Source of the DNA: Candidatus Saccharimonadota bacterium
GTDB taxonomy: Bacteria > Patescibacteriota > Patescibacteriia > 2-12-FULL-60-25
Assembly (NCBI GenBank): GCA_016699205.1
Contig: CP064964.1
Span: forward strand, 300,001 to 332,000
Direction of reading: 5' to 3'
DNA: 32,000 nucleotides
Under the pieces are notes generated by a model. That model was not told the origin of the DNA, did not search any database, and saw only the letters and a program-made list of their open reading frames with translations. Below, one piece after another: positions 1 through 7,957 of this stretch. Each line of letters opens with the position of its first letter. The stretch's first letter is position 1. A program made the translations under genes and the position numbers.

Positions 1-65
1 TTCAGGACGGATTTGCCTCCGGCGGCCGTCGTTTTTAGACCCCTATACGGGTCTTATCATCGTCT

Positions 66-665
66 ATGGAACAGTTAGAAATTGTACATGCCCGTAACGG
101 GCAACCGACCGGCCAGATCCTCCCGCGCAATGAAGCGATTGCCGCGGAAGCTTGGTGCCGTTCAACCAACATCTTTATTTTGAACTCGCGCGGCGAGATC
201 CTTTGTCATAAGCGCTCCATGCAAAAAGAACGCATGCCTGGCGCTTGGTACACCCATCTCGGCGGCCACGTTGGTGTTGGCGAGACTTGTGACGAGAATG
301 CCTTAAAGGAAGTGATGGAAGAGGCTGGCATCGAGATCACGGCAGACCAGCTCGTAAAGTGGCGCACGACCCGCGCCGATGGTCCCCGCTTGTGGATGCA
401 TGACTATGTCGCGCTTATTGATAAGCCGATTGAAGCGTTTACGCCTCAGCCGGGTGAAGTCGATGAATTCCGCTGGGTGAGCTTTGATGAAATCATGGCG
501 AACCAAGAACTCTATCCAGATATCTGGTATCCGGGTTATCACGGTTTTAAGGCCGAGTATGAATGTATCCGTTCCGCCCTTGTCGCCGCCCATCACCTTG
601 GAGCGATCGAAGTGCCGGAGGAACTTCATGGCTGGGCTCCGGGGCTACTCCTGCTCCCCGCCTAA
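66..665 (+). CDS. NUDIX family hydrolase
   Basis: 199-aa ORF with ATG start. The Nudix box is readable in the translation: G-HVGVG-E-TCDENAL-KEVMEEAGI, matching Gx5Ex7[RK]EUxEExGU with K in place of R. Confidence 0.8.
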   Translation: MEQLEIVHARNGQPTGQILPRNEAIAAEAWCRSTNIFILNSRGEILCHKRSMQKERMPGAWYTHLGGHVGVGETCDENALKEVMEEAGIEITADQLVKWRTTRADGPRLWMHDYVALIDKPIEAFTPQPGEVDEFRWVSFDEIMANQELYPDIWYPGYHGFKAEYECIRSALVAAHHLGAIEVPEELHGWAPGLLLLPA

Positions 666-671
666 GATCGA

Positions 672-2051
672 CTAGATTGCGCACCGCAAATCCTTCGGAT
701 CAAAAACTGAAGGTTTTTGTTTTTTACCAGCGAGTATAGATGCAATTTTCTTACCGCCGTAAAGCGATGGAAGGATTCCGATTCCGTTACAACCAAGGTT
801 GTACATCAAGACCGGGTTACAAGGCTCGGCGCCGATAATACGCAGACCTGTTTTGGTGTAGCCCATGAGCCCATGCCAGTAAAAATCAAATTCTTTTCCG
901 ACTTCCGGAGCGTTTTGATAGGTTCTACGAATAAACGTTTGGAGACTTTTTGCGATCTTAGGCGGAAAAGCCGCGTTTCTGTTATACGTTTTATTTTCCG
1001 GCAGCATTTCCTCGGGTCCGCCGAGACATACCAGGTTATGCTGTACGCGCTTCTCGGCCTCATGCGGACGCCGAGTCAAATAAAAATAGATATCTCCCTG
1101 CTCTGATTTTTTGGTGTCTTTTGGAAAATAGCTGATTGCCGTCGGCGGACGATCGACCGGTTCAAGACAGGCGCTCATGTAGCCGATCGTTCCTTGAATC
1201 TCGGCATGGAAACGGCTATCAATCTCTTGCCCATAGCGGTTGATGAGCGTGATCTGCTCAAAACCATTGGTACAAAGGACGATATGCTTAGCATCAATAT
1301 GATGTCCATTTGAATGGAGGGAGGCGCCTTTTTCTTCCAGCTCTACAACACCGACCGGGCTGCGTTCAAAAAGCTGGAAACGATCCGGATAATTCTTCAG
1401 CAAGAATCCGGCGAGCTCCTCTGTGAATGTCGCCGAGTTGAGACAGCCTTTTTGCGCAGCAGCCGCCGCCTTGTATTGCGCATCGTCTGTCTCGAGCAGT
1501 GAGAGAATTTCCTTGTGCGAAACCACGCTAAAAAATTTGGAATAAGGCTTCAACTCTTCTGCCCAGGCTTCTGCGGCTTCATGCGAGACAAGATGGATAT
1601 CTGTTTTCATTCCTGCCTTGGAAAGCCAGAGGGTATCCTCAAGAAAAGAGGCGAACTGCGCTCCTGTAGAACAGCCGAGATAGCCGGTGCATGCGTAAAG
1701 CGTTGACGACATACTTGTTTCACGGATCACCTCTTCCAAGTCTGTCCAAGCCGTATTGATAGCGTCTTGCGCATGCGCAGCGAGATCAAGGCCGTATTCT
1801 GCAACGATTTCTTTTACCGGCTTCTCAAAATATGTCACGACTTGGCCGGCATTGTGACCAGTTGCGCCATGAGCAACAAGATTCGCCTCGAGCAAGATCA
1901 CGGATTTTTTTGTGTTCTTGAGCGTATAGTAGGCGGTCGATAATCCGGCGATTCCACCGCCGATGATCGCGATGTCGGCTTCTTTGTTGCCGTCTAGGCG
2001 ATCTTCCGGGCGCGTGCGCTTGAGCTGCGCAATCCATGGCGAGTTATTCAT
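672..2051 (-). CDS. FAD-dependent oxidoreductase (DAO / glycine-oxidase-like family)
   Basis: N-terminal Rossmann dinucleotide motif DIAIIGGGIAGLSTAYY. The start is placed at the internal ATG at 2051 (MNNSPWIAQL...), because the longer tracked ORF (to 2255) runs through a strong terminator hairpin at 2110-2140 and into the upstream gene. Confidence 0.75.
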   Translation of the reverse strand: MNNSPWIAQLKRTRPEDRLDGNKEADIAIIGGGIAGLSTAYYTLKNTKKSVILLEANLVAHGATGHNAGQVVTYFEKPVKEIVAEYGLDLAAHAQDAINTAWTDLEEVIRETSMSSTLYACTGYLGCSTGAQFASFLEDTLWLSKAGMKTDIHLVSHEAAEAWAEELKPYSKFFSVVSHKEILSLLETDDAQYKAAAAAQKGCLNSATFTEELAGFLLKNYPDRFQLFERSPVGVVELEEKGASLHSNGHHIDAKHIVLCTNGFEQITLINRYGQEIDSRFHAEIQGTIGYMSACLEPVDRPPTAISYFPKDTKKSEQGDIYFYLTRRPHEAEKRVQHNLVCLGGPEEMLPENKTYNRNAAFPPKIAKSLQTFIRRTYQNAPEVGKEFDFYWHGLMGYTKTGLRIIGAEPCNPVLMYNLGCNGIGILPSLYGGKKIASILAGKKQKPSVFDPKDLRCAI

Positions 2052-2095
2052 GAGAGATAGTTTGACGCGTGCGCTTTCCCCTGCCAAGACGCTCC

Positions 2096-2140
2096 AAAAA
2101 AAACGACATCGCCCCCTCCCAAAGCTTTGGGAGGGGGGCG
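2096..2140 (-). terminator. Rho-independent terminator of the 2146-2448 gene
   Basis: On the minus strand: CGCCCCCCTCCCAAAG / CTTTGGGAGGGGGCG stem (one bulged C), then ATGTCG and a T8 run (plus-strand A run 2096-2103). It begins 5 nt after the TAA at 2146-2148. Confidence 0.8.
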
Positions 2141-2145
2141 CAGTG

Positions 2146-2448
2146 TTATCCGGTTCTTTTCTTGCTCGGCCTAATGGGAGGATTTTGCAGGACGGCTTTG
2201 AGGCCGCGGAACGATTTGGTGACTTGCGAAAGCGACCAATCCAGCTGGTGTGCAACAGCCCGCGGATCGGTCATGACCAATGCGTAGAGCATCTCTGACT
2301 CGTTGATAACGCGATCGACGAGGAGTGGCAGCAATTTCTGGGGAACGAGGAGCACGATCTCCTCCCCTTCATATGCGAGCTTGGCTCCAAAGTCGCGATC
2401 ATCCGGAAAACGCTCCGGAGTCGCGACCACGCGGTATCCGCGAGGCAT
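2146..2448 (-). CDS. hypothetical protein (100 aa)
   Basis: ATG preceded by GGAG with an 8-nt spacer (GGAGATAAACGCATG), and the stop is followed directly by a strong terminator. No family recognised. Confidence 0.55.
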   Translation of the reverse strand: MPRGYRVVATPERFPDDRDFGAKLAYEGEEIVLLVPQKLLPLLVDRVINESEMLYALVMTDPRAVAHQLDWSLSQVTKSFRGLKAVLQNPPIRPSKKRTG

Positions 2449-2490
2449 GCGTTTATCTCCGGGTAAAATGGACCTGTTTTGGAGCTTGCC

Positions 2491-2985
2491 TTATTTTGAG
2501 GATTTTGGCAACGGTCCGACAGGCCGCATCGTTTTAGCCTCAGCATCGATCAAATAGCCGCAACCGATTTCTGTAATCGGCGGCTCTTCCTGCCCAAAAA
2601 CACGGCTCCAGGAGCGTAGCCATCGACTTAGGACGGGCAGGTGGCTAATGAAGATAATGCCATTGGGCTCGGTGGGCGGAAGAAGGTCGGATAGATCGCC
2701 GTCCATGCCGATCCGTTCATCGGTAGTCATCGGGATATTCAGCAAGCCTGACAGGATTACAGCCGTTTCCTGGGTACGGGTGCTGGGCGAGCAGCGGAGC
2801 TCTGACCAAGGCCCAAGACCTTGTAAAACCGCTCCTAATTCATTAACCGCCTCGGCCCCGTCAGGGGTCAGGGATCCATTGCCGAGATGGTATCCGGCGT
2901 GGCGAATAAGGGCGAACATAAGGCTTAGAGGGCTTGCCAGACGGCGAGGGCTTTGGTAAAGTTTTCCGCGCCTAGATATCGTCAT
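2491..2985 (-). CDS. histidine phosphatase superfamily protein (SixA-like)
   Basis: Motifs LIRHAG (RHG-type catalytic His), SPSTRTQETA and IIFISHLPVL (second His) in the order and spacing expected for SixA. The start is ambiguous: ATG at 2985 (AGGTGA 4 nt upstream) or ATG at 2919 (MFALIRHAG, no SD). Confidence 0.7.
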   Translation of the reverse strand: MTISRRGKLYQSPRRLASPLSLMFALIRHAGYHLGNGSLTPDGAEAVNELGAVLQGLGPWSELRCSPSTRTQETAVILSGLLNIPMTTDERIGMDGDLSDLLPPTEPNGIIFISHLPVLSRWLRSWSRVFGQEEPPITEIGCGYLIDAEAKTMRPVGPLPKSSK

Positions 2986-2987
2986 CG

Positions 2988-3016
2988 TTCACCTAACGCT
3001 TGGCGACGTCAAGAAT
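2988..3016 (+). promoter_or_regulatory. candidate sigma70-type promoter for tRNA-Asp
   Basis: TTCACC (2988-2993), 17-nt spacer, AAGAAT (3011-3016), ending 10 nt before the tRNA 5' end. Both hexamers are weak matches. Confidence 0.25.
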
Positions 3017-3026
3017 CAGACCACGT

Positions 3027-3104
3027 GGGTGCGTGGTGTAGCCCGGTTAACACGTCTCCCTGTCACGGAGAAGATCGAGGGTTCGAATCCCTTCGCACCC
3101 GCCA
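3027..3104 (+). tRNA. tRNA-Asp (anticodon GTC), CCA encoded
   Basis: Hand-folded cloverleaf. Acceptor GGGTGCG/CGCACCC; D stem GTGT/ACAC; anticodon stem TCTCC/GGAGA with loop CT-GTC-AC; 5-nt variable loop; T arm GAGGG-TTCGAAT-CCCTT; discriminator G plus CCA. Confidence 0.95.
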
Positions 3105-3110
3105 TATACA

Positions 3111-3139
3111 AAGCCTCCCGAAAGGGAGGCTTTTGTTTT
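3111..3139 (+). terminator. Rho-independent terminator after tRNA-Asp
   Basis: AAGCCTCCC-GAAA-GGGAGGCTT hairpin (3111-3132) followed by TTGTTTT. Confidence 0.85.
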
Positions 3140-3140
3140 C

Positions 3141-3177
3141 CATAAATGACAAACCCCGCCAGAAGTTTCTGGCGGGG
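3141..3177 (-). terminator. Rho-independent terminator of the 3189-3989 two-gene cassette
   Basis: Minus strand CCCCGCCAGA-AACT-TCTGGCGGGG hairpin (3154-3177) followed by TTTGTCATTT. It lies 11 nt after the stop at 3189 and sits back-to-back with the tRNA terminator. Confidence 0.75.
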
Positions 3178-3188
3178 TGGTCAGCAGG

Positions 3189-3455
3189 TCAGTCGAGTCG
3201 GCGACTGTTCAGGATGTGGGAGAAGCGGATCGTGCGACGATCGGGGTTGTCGCGGGGATGTCCGCGGAAGGTCAGCGCCGGGACGAGGACGAGCAAGTTC
3301 TCGTGCGGTGGGTCGCCTGGCGTCAGATGGGCCTCGACGACGTAGCCGCGGACGCATTCGGAATCGAGCTTGAACTCGAATGGCTTTTGCCGATGGTTCA
3401 GCCATTGATCGAGGAACTCGATCTCAAGGGTTTTGGGCAGCGATGAAGCGAGCAC
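3189..3455 (-). CDS. hypothetical protein (88 aa)
   Basis: GTG start preceded by a near-perfect SD (CAAGGAGGTTCCTGA-GTG), with a terminator directly downstream. No family recognised with confidence. Confidence 0.55.
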   Translation of the reverse strand: MLASSLPKTLEIEFLDQWLNHRQKPFEFKLDSECVRGYVVEAHLTPGDPPHENLLVLVPALTFRGHPRDNPDRRTIRFSHILNSRRLD

Positions 3456-3512
3456 TCAGGAACCTCCTTGTGGGCTGCGATTAAATCACAGCCTGACGAG
3501 CGCGTCAATGGA

Positions 3513-3989
3513 TCAAAGAGGCTTCATCCGAGCGAAGTCGGGCTCGAGGATCGTGATGTACCCGAACCGGACACGAAGCTCCTCGAACTTTTCCGCAAGG
3601 AAGTTGGCGTCGTGCCTGTTGGCAGGACGACGCGTGAGGTCGTACATCCCCTCGTAGAACGAGAGGATCTCGCTCAGAAAGACGCGCTCGGTTTTTTCAC
3701 GACCGAGCATTCTCCAGACATGCAGCGAAGCACGGGAGAACAAGTCCAACTGAAAGCCGGTGGTCTCGGACCCCTCTTCCGAGAGATACAAGTTCACAAA
3801 GCTGTTGAGCGGACGCATCGCGGTTCCCTGATGTTTCGGGACCACGATCAGACGGTCCTGCCGCTTCCGCCAGAACACGGCCATCGTCTTGTCGCCTTCC
3901 GCAAAGAGGATGACTTCATCCGTCTCCTGTTTCACGAGCGGCTCGCCTTCAATGGTCAGAAAATGTTCCCACACTCGTTCTCCATCCAT
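3513..3989 (-). CDS. hypothetical protein (158 aa from the internal ATG)
   Basis: The tracked ORF runs to 4022, but the ATG at 3989 has AAAGGAG 8 nt upstream (AAAGGAGTGTGGGTA-ATG). The translation is globular-looking and no family is recognised. The 221-aa plus-strand ORF over the same DNA is judged to be its antisense shadow. Confidence 0.5.
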   Translation of the reverse strand: MDGERVWEHFLTIEGEPLVKQETDEVILFAEGDKTMAVFWRKRQDRLIVVPKHQGTAMRPLNSFVNLYLSEEGSETTGFQLDLFSRASLHVWRMLGREKTERVFLSEILSFYEGMYDLTRRPANRHDANFLAEKFEELRVRFGYITILEPDFARMKPL

Positions 3990-4060
3990 TACCCACACTC
4001 CTTTCAAAGGTACGGAAGACATAGATTAACCGACGCTCTGCGATCCGACAAGGTGACAAT

Positions 4061-4933
4061 GTGCTACGCTTATCCCTATCTATGCATTGGGCAAAAATAC
4101 GATTCTTCCTGCGCTATATTCTTGTCATTATAGGCATAACGGTAGCGATTTTTCTTATTTGGCAGGCAACCAAACAAGTTCCGACGGAAGGCAACTGGCA
4201 AACTCCCCTATCCCGCTTGTCGACGGCGGAGTTTCATGGCGATCTGGTTACGGTAAAAAATGTGCGGAACTTTCAATACAAAGGCAGCGAGGAAGAGGCG
4301 GATCTTGTTCCGGGGTATTACGATAAAACCTATGATCTCTCCAAGGTTTCCAAGGTCTGGTATGTGAGCGAGCCGTTTAAAGAGATCAGTGTTGCTGCGC
4401 ATACCTTTCTTTCTTTTGAGTTCTCCAATGGCGATTATTTGAGCATCTCGATCGAGGCGCGAAAGGTTAAGGGTCAAAAATATCGCCTCTCGCTTGGGCT
4501 GCTGCGAACATATCCATTGATGTATATCGCGGCTGATGAACGAGATGCATTACTTGTGCGCGCCAATATCCGCAAAGATGATTTGTATGTTTATCCGGTA
4601 CGGACAACGCCGGAAAAAGGACGATTGCTCTTGGCTGATATTTTGCAGGAAATGAATCGTTTGGCGGAAAAGCCGCAGTGGTACAACACGGTTACGGATA
4701 ATTGCACCTCGCGCATTGCTTGGCATGTGAATCGCGTGACGCCGAACCGGATTCCAAATACGGCTTGGGAAGCTTATGTCACGGGTTATGCGGATGCCTT
4801 TGCGCTGAAGCACGGACTACTTGATACGGATCTACCACTTGATGAGGCACGCAAAAAATACCGTGTTACAGAACGATCGCAAGAAATTGGCGATCTACCA
4901 GATTATTCAAAACGGATTCGGGAATGGGATTAG
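4061..4933 (+). CDS. DUF4105 / Lnb-N-terminal-like membrane-anchored protein
   Basis: N-terminal TM helix (FFLRYILVIIGITVAIFLIW), then a periplasmic-type domain with the YNTVTDNCTS motif reminiscent of DUF4105. The start is either GTG 4061 (AAGGTGA upstream) or ATG 4082. Confidence 0.6.
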   Translation: MLRLSLSMHWAKIRFFLRYILVIIGITVAIFLIWQATKQVPTEGNWQTPLSRLSTAEFHGDLVTVKNVRNFQYKGSEEEADLVPGYYDKTYDLSKVSKVWYVSEPFKEISVAAHTFLSFEFSNGDYLSISIEARKVKGQKYRLSLGLLRTYPLMYIAADERDALLVRANIRKDDLYVYPVRTTPEKGRLLLADILQEMNRLAEKPQWYNTVTDNCTSRIAWHVNRVTPNRIPNTAWEAYVTGYADAFALKHGLLDTDLPLDEARKKYRVTERSQEIGDLPDYSKRIREWD

Positions 4934-6330
4934 ATTTTACGCAGCTCGACCAAATTCACTGATCCGGATTCTCCGAGCGGCTCCCCTGCTACGATCACAA
5001 CTTCATCGCCGGAGGCAGCGAGCTTATTTGTTTTGAGAATTTCCAGGCTCTCTTCAATCAGTTTTGGAACAGAATCTGCTTTTGCGACAACATAACCACG
5101 AACACCCCAGGAAACATTCAGCTGACGAACAACACGATCCGAGGTAGTCATGACGTAAATCGGTTGATCCGGACGCTCGCGAGAAACAAGGCGCGCAGAA
5201 TCTCCTGTGAGCGAGGCGACGACAATCGCTTTTGCATTGCTTGCACGGCCAAGAATCGAGGCGATATTGGTCATCGCGACTTCTGATTCCTCGGTACGGC
5301 GCATTTCCGGCGTGATGTCGTCATACTTACTTTTCTCGGTTTCCATGATCGTTGCTGTCATGGTTTTTACCGCCTCAAGCGGATGGGCGCCGCTAGCGGT
5401 TTCTCCAGAAAGCATGGTTGCGTCGGCGTGGTCGATGACCGCGTTGGCGATATCGGAAATTTCTGCGCGCGTGGCTCGCGGATTCTTGATCATCGAATCG
5501 AGCATTTGTGTTGCGACGATGACGGGCTTGCCGGCTAATCGACATTTGGCAATCAGCTCTTTTTGAATGACAGGAACTTTTTCAGCCGGCATCTCAATAC
5601 CAAGATCGCCGCGCGCAACCATGATACCGTCGACCTCTGCGATAATCGCATCCATGTTGGCGACGGCTTCTGGCTTCTCAATTTTGGCAATGACTTTAAT
5701 TCCCGGATCTCCGATGAGCTTGCGCAACTCCTGAACATCTTCTGGTTTACGAACAAATGAAAGCGCGATCCAGTCGACGCCCTGCAAGACGCCAAAGGCG
5801 ATGTCCTCTTCATCCTTGGTTGTGATGGCCGAGATTTGCGTATCGGTTTCCGGAAGGTTCAGGCCCTTGTGGGATTTGAGCGTGCCACCTGTAATTACTT
5901 CGCAGTTTACATCCTCCCCTTTTACGGATTTTACAACGACCTCAAGCAGACCGTCGTCGAGCAGTAGACGCTGACCTTTTTTTACGTCTTCGTGGAGGTT
6001 TGGGTATGTGACAGGAATCTTCTTTGGAATTTCGCCGTCTCCGGAAGTAAAGATAATCGGTTTTCCGGCGACGAGCTCGACACCAGCCTCTGGCAGTTCA
6101 CCTACGCGAATTTTTGGCCCTTGGAGATCCTGAAGGATACAGAGTGGTTCACCTGTTTTCTCCGAGGCTTCACGGATGCGCTTGATGAGCTCCGCGTGCT
6201 GCTCATGCGTACCATGTGAAAAATTGAGACGGCAAACATTCATTCCCGCTTCAACCAGCTTCACGAGTGAGTCGACGGTGTCGGAAGCGGGACCGATCGT
6301 GCAAACAATTTTTGTATGTTTATTAACCAT
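4930..6330 (-). CDS. pyk: pyruvate kinase
   Basis: TKIVCTIGPAS, NVCRLNFSHG, LQDLQGPKIR and MVARGDLGIEMP motifs. The ATG at 6330 (MVNKHTK) is preferred over the TTG at 6339; it lies 1 nt after the htrA-like stop. Confidence 0.95.
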   Translation of the reverse strand: MVNKHTKIVCTIGPASDTVDSLVKLVEAGMNVCRLNFSHGTHEQHAELIKRIREASEKTGEPLCILQDLQGPKIRVGELPEAGVELVAGKPIIFTSGDGEIPKKIPVTYPNLHEDVKKGQRLLLDDGLLEVVVKSVKGEDVNCEVITGGTLKSHKGLNLPETDTQISAITTKDEEDIAFGVLQGVDWIALSFVRKPEDVQELRKLIGDPGIKVIAKIEKPEAVANMDAIIAEVDGIMVARGDLGIEMPAEKVPVIQKELIAKCRLAGKPVIVATQMLDSMIKNPRATRAEISDIANAVIDHADATMLSGETASGAHPLEAVKTMTATIMETEKSKYDDITPEMRRTEESEVAMTNIASILGRASNAKAIVVASLTGDSARLVSRERPDQPIYVMTTSDRVVRQLNVSWGVRGYVVAKADSVPKLIEESLEILKTNKLAASGDEVVIVAGEPLGESGSVNLVELRKI

Positions 6331-6331
6331 A

Positions 6332-7435
6332 TTATTCAATACTTGCCCGATCGCCGAGCGTGAGCTGGATATTCAGGGTTTCTTCACCGCGCTCGACGAC
6401 AAGCGTTACGACATCTCCTGGATTAAACTTGGCCATACGTCCTGCAAGCGGATGATCGACATCGAGTTTTTCTCCTGCAAAAGAAGTGATTAGATCACCT
6501 GGCTTTAAGCCGGCCTTTTCTGCAGGAGAGTCGACGAGCACAGCTGGCTCGCTGCGTGTTCCCTCGGCAATACGCGCACCCTCGACTTCCATATCATAAC
6601 GAATGCCAATCCATGGACGGACAATACGGCCAAATTGGCGAACGGAATCAACGGCACGGCGGACAGCATTTGCCGGCAGGGCAAAACCAAGAGACTGCGC
6701 TTCGCCAACCGCTGTATTGATACCGATGACGCGGCCTTGGAGGTCGATCAATGGACCTCCGGAATTTCCGAGGTTAATCGGGGCATCGGTTTGAATAGCT
6801 TCTTCCAAAATTTCTGCCGTTGCTTCATCGTCACCCGCCCAGAGACGACGGTTCACTCCGGAAACAATTCCCATCGTTACAGAGTTCTGGAATTCTGCGA
6901 GCGTGTTGCCGATGGCGATGACGGATTGGCCAGGCCGGACCGTATCGCTATCGCCGAGCTCAAGCGCTGGAAAATTTGTACCTTCAACCTTCAGAACAGC
7001 AAGATCAAGTACAGAGTCGATTGCCAGAACTTCTGCGGGATATGTTCTTCCGTCGTTTGTGACGATTTCATACTCAACATCTTTTCCATCGAGTACATGA
7101 CGATTGGTAACGATGAGGCCGTCCGTTGAAATAAAGAATCCCGATCCTCCGGCGATCTGCTCGCGGCCTCGCGCATTGATCCAGCGATCACCAAACGGAT
7201 CTTCGCCTTCTTCCTTGGACAAGATATCGATGGAAACGACGGAGGGCATGACGCGATCCACGAGATCAGCAACCGGCTCCGAAGAAACAGATGGGATGCT
7301 AGATAGCGGGATCGGAATTCCCTCGCCACGCTCTCCGAGCTGCGTGATAACAAAATAGCCACCAGCCGCACCAGAGACAAAGCTAGTACAGATGGTAGCA
7401 ACCAATAAAAGACCGGATAGCAAGCGAGGCTGCAT
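6332..7435 (-). CDS. htrA: HtrA/DegP-family trypsin-like serine protease with one PDZ domain
   Basis: N-terminal TM or signal helix. Catalytic triad contexts VTNRHV, DLAVLKV and GNSGGPL. C-terminal PDZ (AEKAGLKPGDLITSFAGEKL). Confidence 0.9.
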   Translation of the reverse strand: MQPRLLSGLLLVATICTSFVSGAAGGYFVITQLGERGEGIPIPLSSIPSVSSEPVADLVDRVMPSVVSIDILSKEEGEDPFGDRWINARGREQIAGGSGFFISTDGLIVTNRHVLDGKDVEYEIVTNDGRTYPAEVLAIDSVLDLAVLKVEGTNFPALELGDSDTVRPGQSVIAIGNTLAEFQNSVTMGIVSGVNRRLWAGDDEATAEILEEAIQTDAPINLGNSGGPLIDLQGRVIGINTAVGEAQSLGFALPANAVRRAVDSVRQFGRIVRPWIGIRYDMEVEGARIAEGTRSEPAVLVDSPAEKAGLKPGDLITSFAGEKLDVDHPLAGRMAKFNPGDVVTLVVERGEETLNIQLTLGDRASIE

Positions 7436-7442
7436 ATCCGGT

Positions 7443-7448
7443 ATTATA
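7443..7448 (-). promoter_or_regulatory. candidate -10 box (TATAAT) giving a leaderless htrA-like mRNA
   Basis: Minus strand GGTATAATACCGGAT-ATG: a perfect TATAAT 7 nt upstream of the start codon, with no SD. No convincing -35 element. Confidence 0.3.
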
Positions 7449-7462
7449 CCTGAATATTCTGT

Positions 7463-7948
7463 TTATTTCTTGCTACCGGATTTGCGCGACTTTCCTTTGC
7501 TTGCACGAAGTCGATCCAGCTCAGCCTGAAAGGTGTCTACGTCCTCAAAACTGCGATAAACCGAGGCAAAACGGATATAAGCGACTTTGTCGAAGGTTTT
7601 GAGATTATCCATCACCACCTCTCCGATGGACTGGCTGCGGATTTCCGTCGAGTCGATACGCTGGAGATCGCGCTCGATCGCGTGGACGAGTCCACGGAAG
7701 TCGGAGGCGGTGTGCGGACGCTTTTCCAAGGCGCGTCTTAGGCCGCGTTCCATCTTGTCGCGATCGTAGACTTCGCGCGAGCCGTCGCGTTTGACGATCG
7801 TGATATTCAATAATTCGATTTCTTCCAGCGTGGAGAATCGATATTCACAATGATCGCATTGGCGGCGACGGCGAATGGAAGTTCCGTCTTGCGAAAGACG
7901 CGTGTCTAAGACACGCGTTTCCGGATCGTTGCAGACAGGGCAATGCAT
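7463..7948 (-). CDS. nrdR: transcriptional repressor NrdR
   Basis: MHCPVCN...CDHCEYRF zinc ribbon followed by an ATP-cone (VVKRDGSREVYDRDKMERGL-type) region. Near-canonical NrdR sequence. Confidence 0.95.
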   Translation of the reverse strand: MHCPVCNDPETRVLDTRLSQDGTSIRRRRQCDHCEYRFSTLEEIELLNITIVKRDGSREVYDRDKMERGLRRALEKRPHTASDFRGLVHAIERDLQRIDSTEIRSQSIGEVVMDNLKTFDKVAYIRFASVYRSFEDVDTFQAELDRLRASKGKSRKSGSKK

Positions 7949-7957
7949 AGCCCCATC

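Noticed and set aside
36-60. Hairpin AGACCC-CTATAC-GGGTCT near the window start as a terminator
   Set aside because: The stem is only 6 bp with no following T-run on either strand. The upstream gene is outside the window, so the call cannot be supported.
2052-2255. N-terminal 68-codon extension of the FAD oxidoreductase ORF
   Set aside because: The extension reads through the terminator hairpin and T-run at 2096-2140 and overlaps the upstream gene. The Rossmann motif starts about 25 residues after the internal ATG at 2051.
3468-4133. 221-aa plus-strand ORF across the tRNA-adjacent cassette
   Set aside because: It has no SD, and its translation is R/H-rich and runs into the DUF4105-like gene start. 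The opposite strand has two ORFs with near-consensus SDs and a terminator, so this was treated as an antisense shadow. The call is not certain.
6331-6339. TTG start for pyk at 6339
   Set aside because: An ATG three codons downstream (6330) gives the canonical MxxxxTKIVCTIGP N-terminus and avoids an 8-nt overlap with the htrA-like gene.
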